Shown here one piece after another: positions 58,201 to 64,000 of a stretch of 64,000 nt of DNA. Within the stretch, counting starts at the first letter, position 1; each line of letters starts with the position of its first letter. Under the pieces are notes generated by a model. The model was not told the origin of the DNA and searched no databases. It saw only the letters and a list, made by a program, of their open reading frames with translations. Position numbers and translations under genes: made by a program. The DNA comes from the human T2T-CHM13v2.0 reference genome, Homo sapiens. Where the stretch lies: assembly GCF_009914755.1 (NCBI RefSeq), contig NC_060928.1, one strand, 5' to 3'.

Positions 58201-59059
58201 TCCAAAATGCCCCAGCCTCTTACATTCCAGTCGTGTGGCTGAGCAAGGTTACCAGTGAGGCTCCAACTGAAATTATTATCACCCTTACAACAAATTATAA
58301 GCAAATATTCATTATGAGAAAGCTGTTAAGAGAAAGCATAATTTTACCACAATGTAGATCTCAAAGTTTAGGTCATTCCACTTACTTGTTTAGCTTTTAA
58401 CAAGAAATTAAAGTTCCAGTTTCTTTCGTACAGTGTATAAAACCTTATATTTAAAAAATAAGAGCCAATATACCTTACTTAGACAGGGGGTTACATCTTT
58501 ACTATGGCAAGGGCAAGATGAAATACTCTTCCTCTCAGTAGCTACTAAAACAAGATATTTTTATATATTTATTTTTCTCTCTGTGTACCCACAGTGTAGT
58601 GAAATGCCAACACTCTCCTTAAGTCATTTTTACAACCTTCAGTATGAGCAGCTCCATTGAAAATTATCTATAAAAGTGCAATTAGAATTTGTGATCTCCC
58701 TCTGGGTCACTAAAACTTAGATTTAGATTGTCTAGGGGATGGCAACAAGTTGGCAGAATAGGGCTTTCCAGTGCCCATCCCCCAACGGAAACATCAATTT
58801 GAACCATTTTCCACACAAGAGAATACCTTCCCAAGAGCTAAGGAAACCGGGTGAGACATTACAGCACCTTAGTGTAGCACAGAAATAAGAAAAGACACAT
58901 TGAAGAGGGCAGGAAGGACAGATTCACATGATCCAACCATCCCTCCCCAAACCCTAGGCAGCACAGCGTGGAGAGAGAAACCCACACTTGGAGGAAGGAG
59001 AGAGAAGTGTGCACTGGATTTTGCCTTAAATATAACACCAGACCTGCCACAGTAAAACC

Positions 59060-60240
59060 CAGAACTGGGCAGGTGTCTATGGCCTCAGACCCCAGGCTGA
59101 CACACTTGGACTGGGCCTGCAGGCCCACCTCACCACCAGGCTAACCTAATTGGCCTCAGAGTTTGAGGCTGCCCCCAAGACTCACTCAATCTCTTTGAGC
59201 TGGCCCTGGAAGTCATGGGCTCTGGACTGCCCTAGCAGCAGGTTGGCCTCTGTAGCTGCAGGCTCAGGACCATCCCAGCACTAGGCCAGCACTCAAAGCC
59301 CTAGTCATCAGGCCAGCTGCAGTGGGCCCAGCCTCCAGGCCAGCCCCTGCAGATATTGGCTCCAGAACTAACCCCAAGCTCAGAACAGCCCAGAGACAGG
59401 TTGGCCCACAGAGTCCCAGGCTTCAGGCCTGCTTTAGTGCTGAGTCAGCACCCCTAGTCTCAGGTACCAGGCTGACACCCAAGGACACAGGCTCCAGTCC
59501 TGCCCAGTCCCAGGCCAGATCCTGCAATACCACCCTGCAGGCTGGACCCTGTGGCCATGCACTCCACTAGGCTGAGGGTCCAGGCCTACTTTACAAGACC
59601 CAGGGTACAAGCTCATACCAGTTAACCCCAGCACTGAGCCAGACCTCATAGACACAGGTCCAGGACTGCCCCTGTGGACCCAGATTTATGTCCACTTCCC
59701 ACAGCTCTAGGCCCCAGCTCAGTCTCTATGGCTCCAGGCTTCAGGCCGGCAACTGCAATCTCAGGCTCCAGACCAACCAACCCCCACAGATTCAGGCTCT
59801 ATGCTTGCCCCAGTATAAGGCCAAGCCCTAGCTACAGTGAACCTAGGGTCCAGGCCCACCTGAACAGACCTGGGTGTGAGGCTGGCCCTCAAAGATTGAG
59901 GCTCCAGGATGACTCCTGCAGACCCAGGCTCCAGACAGCCTCCATGGACTCAGGGTCTAGGCTTGTCCCCATGGACTCAAGCTACATGTCCATTCTGGTG
60001 GACCCAAGTGCTGGGACTATTCTGGTGCCTCTAGATTTAGGCTCAAGGCTCACCCATGTGCCAAGTCAGCCCCTATGGATCAAGGCTTTGGGTTGGTCCC
60101 TAGGGATACAAGCTCTAGGCCTGCCCTCATAGGCCTAATCAACAAGTCTGTCCCAGTGGATTCAGGTTCCAGACTCAACCCCAAGGACCCAGACACCAGA
60201 CCTACCCCCACCTGATAACCCACAATCTAGACCAGCCTGC
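59060..60240 (+). repeat. Degenerate GC-rich tandem array in the L1 5'UTR
   Basis: Recurrent cccaggctccaggcc / cccctgtgga-like units roughly every 30-35 bp. Confidence 0.7.
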
Positions 60241-62530
60241 TCAAGAGCTTCAAAAATAAACCTGCCCACAGGCCACACCAGACAGTCTATCCAGAATCTC
60301 TGGATGGACTGACTGGTTTTTAAGGGCTTTCCTAGAAAAAGCTAGTATGCAAAAACTAGGATAAATTTCTGCTTCTACAAATGTGCCACAGACAAAAATA
60401 CAAGTCAACAAGCAACATGAAAAACGAAGTAGACATAGTACCACCAAAATAACGCAAAAAAGACCCCATAGAAATGTAGATATACAAACTGCAACACAAA
60501 GAATTCACAATAATTGTTTTAAGGAAGTTTAGCAAGCTTCAAGAAAATACAGAGGGACAATTTAATGAAAGCAGGAAAACAATAAATGAACAAAACTAGA
60601 AATTTAATAGAGAGATGGAAATTATTTAAGAAAATCAAACAAATTCTGAAGCTGAAAAATGCAATGAATGAAATGGGAAAATTCAATAGAGATTATCAGC
60701 AGCAGAACTGATCATGCAGGAGAAAGAATCTGTGATTGTGAAGATAGGTTATTTGAAAATATGCACTGAAAAGAAAAAGAAAAAATAAATAGGAATGAAG
60801 AAAGCTTACAAGACTTATTGGACAGTATCAAAAGAGCAAATGTTTGGGTCATTAACATTCAAGAAGGAAGACAGAGACAAAGCTGGTAGAAAGTTTATTT
60901 AAAGAAATAATACCAGAAAAAATTCCAAATGCAGAAAAATATAAATACCTAAATATAGGAAGGTCAAATTTCTTCAGTTAGATTCAGTCCAAACAAGACT
61001 ATATCAGGACATATTACAATCAAATTGAGAAAATTCAATGGCAAAACGTATCTTAAAAGCAGCAAGAGAAAAGAAGCAAATCACATATAAGGTAGTTCCA
61101 ATATGGTGTGGCAAATTTCTTAGCAGAAATCCTGCAAGCCAGGAAAGAGCAAAATGATATATTCAAAGTGCTGAAGGAGAAAAATTGCCAAGCAAAAATA
61201 TTCTACCTGGCAAAGCTATCCTTCAGAAATGAAGAAGAGATCAAGACTTCTCCAGGCAAACAAAAACTGAGGGAGTTTATCACCACCAGAACTGTCTTAC
61301 AAGAAATGTTAAAGGAAGACCTGAAGAAGCAAAAAGACAAGGATGCTAATTGGTATATGAAAGCATGAAACTCACTGTTAAAAGTAAATACACAAATTCA
61401 GAATACTCTCATGCTATAATAATTGTTAAATTACTTATATCTTTAGTATAAAAGTTAAAAGAAAAAACTTTTTAAAAAAGCAATAAAAACAATAACTTAT
61501 TAAGGGATACACAATATAAAAATACATATTGTAAAATCAAAAATATAAAATGTAGGGTGGGGGCTAAAGTAAAAGTGTAGATTTTTAAATGCAATCAAAG
61601 TTAAATTATGATCAGCTTAAAATTGCCAGTTATAATTACAAGATGTTTTATGTAAGCCTCACAGTAACCATGAAGCAAAACCTAATAATTGATATGTGAA
61701 AGATAAAAAGGAATCAAAGCATACCACTACCGAAAATCACCTAATCACAAAGTAAGACAACAGGAGAGGAAGATGAGAACAAAGTATCTGCAAAACAACC
61801 AGAAAACAATTTTTTAAATGGCAATAGTAAGTCCTAGCAATAATTAAATTAACCAATCAAAGATACAGAGTACCTGACCAGATTAAAAAAATAAGATCTA
61901 ACAGTATGCGCTCTATAAGAGACTCACTTCACCTTTAAGGGAACACATAGACTCGAAGTGATGGAAAAAGATGTTTCATGCAAATGGAAACCAAAAGAGA
62001 GTAGGGGAAGCTATACTTATATCAGACAAAATAGACTTTAAGTCTAAAGCTGTAAAAAGAGACAAAGAAAGTCATTATATATTAATAAAGGAATCAATTT
62101 ATCAATAGGACAAAATAATTGTAAATATATATGCACCCAACATTAAGTCGCCCAAATATGTAAAGCAAATATAAATAGATTGGAAGGAAAGACTAACTGT
62201 AACACAATAATTAGCAGGAGACTTTAACGTATAAGTTTCAGCGATGGACAGATCGTTCGAACAAAAAATCCATAAGGAAACGTTGAACTTAAACTAAACT
62301 TTAGACCAAATAAACCTAACACATATACATAACATTCCATCCAACAGAAGTATAATATGCATTCTGCTCAAGTCCATATGAAACATTCTCCAGCATATAT
62401 TATATGTTAGGTCACAAAACAATCCTTAAGAAATTTAAGAAGATTGAAATGGTATCAAGTATCTTTTCTGACCACAATGGTATGAAATTACAAGTGAGTA
62501 ACAGGAAGAATTTCAGAAAATTAAAAGATA

Positions 62531-63051
62531 CAGTAGTCCTCCATTATCTGTGGGACACATTCCACAATCACCAGTGGATACCTGAAGCTGCAGATTTCCA
62601 AAATGCCAGTGACTCAAACTTTTGGTCTGTTGATGCTGTCTCATAATTCCTGTAAGCTTTCTTCATTTTTAAAAATGGTTTTCTTTTTCCTCTTCTCACT
62701 GTATATTTTCAAATAACTCATCTTCAATTTTGCAGATTCTTTCTTTTGCTTGACTAATTCTGCTGCTGATAGTCTCTGTTTCACTTTTCACTTTGTTCAT
62801 TGTATTTTTCAGCTCCAGAACCTTATATATACTATGTTTTTTTCTGTGCATACATACATATGATAAAAGTTAATTTATAAGTTAGGCACAATAAGAGATG
62901 AACAAAAATATAATAAAATAGAACAATTTTAACAATATATTATAATAAAAGTTATATGAATGTCGTCTCTTTCTCTCTCTCAAAATATCTCAATATTTTC
63001 ATACCTATATTGACCATGGCAAACTGAAACTTGAATAAGGCCTGATTACTA
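62531..63051 (+). mobile_element. MER44 (Tigger7-derived) inserted in L1 ORF2, itself interrupted at 62596-62820
   Basis: TA-CAGTAGTCC start, tatatatactatgttttt..aatttataagttaggcaca..aataaaagttatatgaatg body, ..ttacta-TA end. L1 ORF2 resumes afterwards. Confidence 0.85.
62596..62820 (-). mobile_element. Internal L1 ORF1 fragment, antisense, no tail or TSD
   Basis: Reverse complement aligns by eye with ORF1 at about 60644-60868 (gctgaaaaat..tatcagcagcagaa..ttatttgaaaatat..aatgaagaaagcttaca). Confidence 0.85.
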
Positions 63052-63701
63052 TACTTGGAAATTTACAAATATGCTTCTGAACAAACAATGAGTTAAGAAG
63101 AAATTAAAAGTATCTTGAGACAAATAAATATAGATAAATAACATATCAAAACTTACGGGATGTAACAAAAGCAATTCTAAGATTAGAAGTTTATAGCAGT
63201 GAACACCTAAGGCAAAAAAGAAGAAAGACCTCAAAAAAAAAAAAAAAAAAGGAACTCGAAGAATAAGGATAAGCTAAGCTGAAAGTTAGTAGATGGAAGG
63301 GAATAATTATCAGAGCAGAAATAACTGAAATAGAGCATAAAAGAATAGGAAGGATTAATGAAACTAAGAGTTGGTTTTTTGAAAAGAGAAATAAAATTGA
63401 CAAAACTTTAGCAAACTAAATTAAAGAAGAGAGACGACAAATATCAGAAATGAAAGAAAGACATTACAGCTGATACCACACAAATGCAAAGAATCATAAC
63501 AGACTACTATGAATAATTATATACCAACATATTGGATAACTTAGAAGAAATGGATAAATTCTTAGACACATACAACTTACCAAGACTAAATCATGAAGAC
63601 CTAGAAAACCTGAACAAAACAATAATAAATAAGGAGATTGAATTACTATTAAAAAGTCTCTAATAAAAGAAAAGTGTAGGACCTGGTGGCTTTACCACTG
63701 A

Positions 63702-63777
63702 TTTTTTTTTTTAAGTGAAAGCAAGTTTATTAGGAACGTAAAGGAATAAAGAATGACTACTCCATAAGCAGAGCAGC
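63702..63777 (-). pseudogene. Processed retrocopy of the polyadenylated 3' end of a MER41/MER4-group LTR transcript
   Basis: T11 tail, AATAAA 13 nt from the tail, exact 12-bp TSD ctttaccactga. Homologous to the LTR at about 10400-10461. Confidence 0.85.
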
Positions 63778-64000
63778 CTTTACCACTGAATTCTATCAAA
63801 CATTTAAAGAAAAACTAATACCAATCCTACTGAAACTCTTTCCCAAAAATGGAGAAAACAGAATACTTCCAAACTCATTTTATGAGACCAGCATTACCCT
63901 GATACCAAAGCCAGACAAGGAAATGAAATTTCAGGCCAATATTCCTGAAGAACATCGATGCAAAAATTCTCAACGAATACTAGCAACCCAAATTCAATAG

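Larger units (their letters stand above)
58735..64000 (+). mobile_element. Old L1M (L1MA/L1M2-type) with retained 5' end: 5'UTR, decayed ORF1 (about 60400-61368) and decayed ORF2 from 61818, running off the window
   Basis: caagttggcagaatagg start. ORF1 C-terminus LQARKEQNDIFKVLKEKNCQ..KLREFITTR. ORF2 EN motifs (aatatatatgcacccaac, ggagactttaac, tctgaccacaatgg) and RT lead-in ttttatgagaccagcattaccctgataccaaagccag. Confidence 0.92.

Noticed and set aside
59674-60132. 152-aa Pro/Ser-rich ORF
   Set aside because: Non-ATG start inside the degenerate GC-rich L1 5'UTR array.

Overview
Repeat-dense, AT-rich primate (human-like) intergenic or intronic DNA. I find no supportable cellular protein-coding gene. 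The longer ORFs come from L1, Alu, LTR12 or a GC-rich L1 5'UTR repeat. Main landmarks: a CpG-rich solo LTR12C nested in a MER61/LTR9-group LTR, solo LTRs (MER41-like, MLT2, MER31, THE1, MST, LTR22), DNA transposon fossils (MER1B, MER45, Tigger3, MER5, MER58, MER44), several Alus, three large L1 remnants and a 3'-truncated U2 snRNA retrocopy. The most interesting signals are small. They include a 76-bp polyadenylated, TSD-flanked retrocopy of an ERV LTR transcript end, a micro-inversion bounded by CTTAAG sites, a tailless antisense L1 ORF1 patch inside MER44, a recursive-splice-site-like motif and candidate exons for an LTR12C-driven spliced RNA. Repeat subfamily names are from recalled consensus sequences, not an alignment. 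No new biological system is demonstrated.
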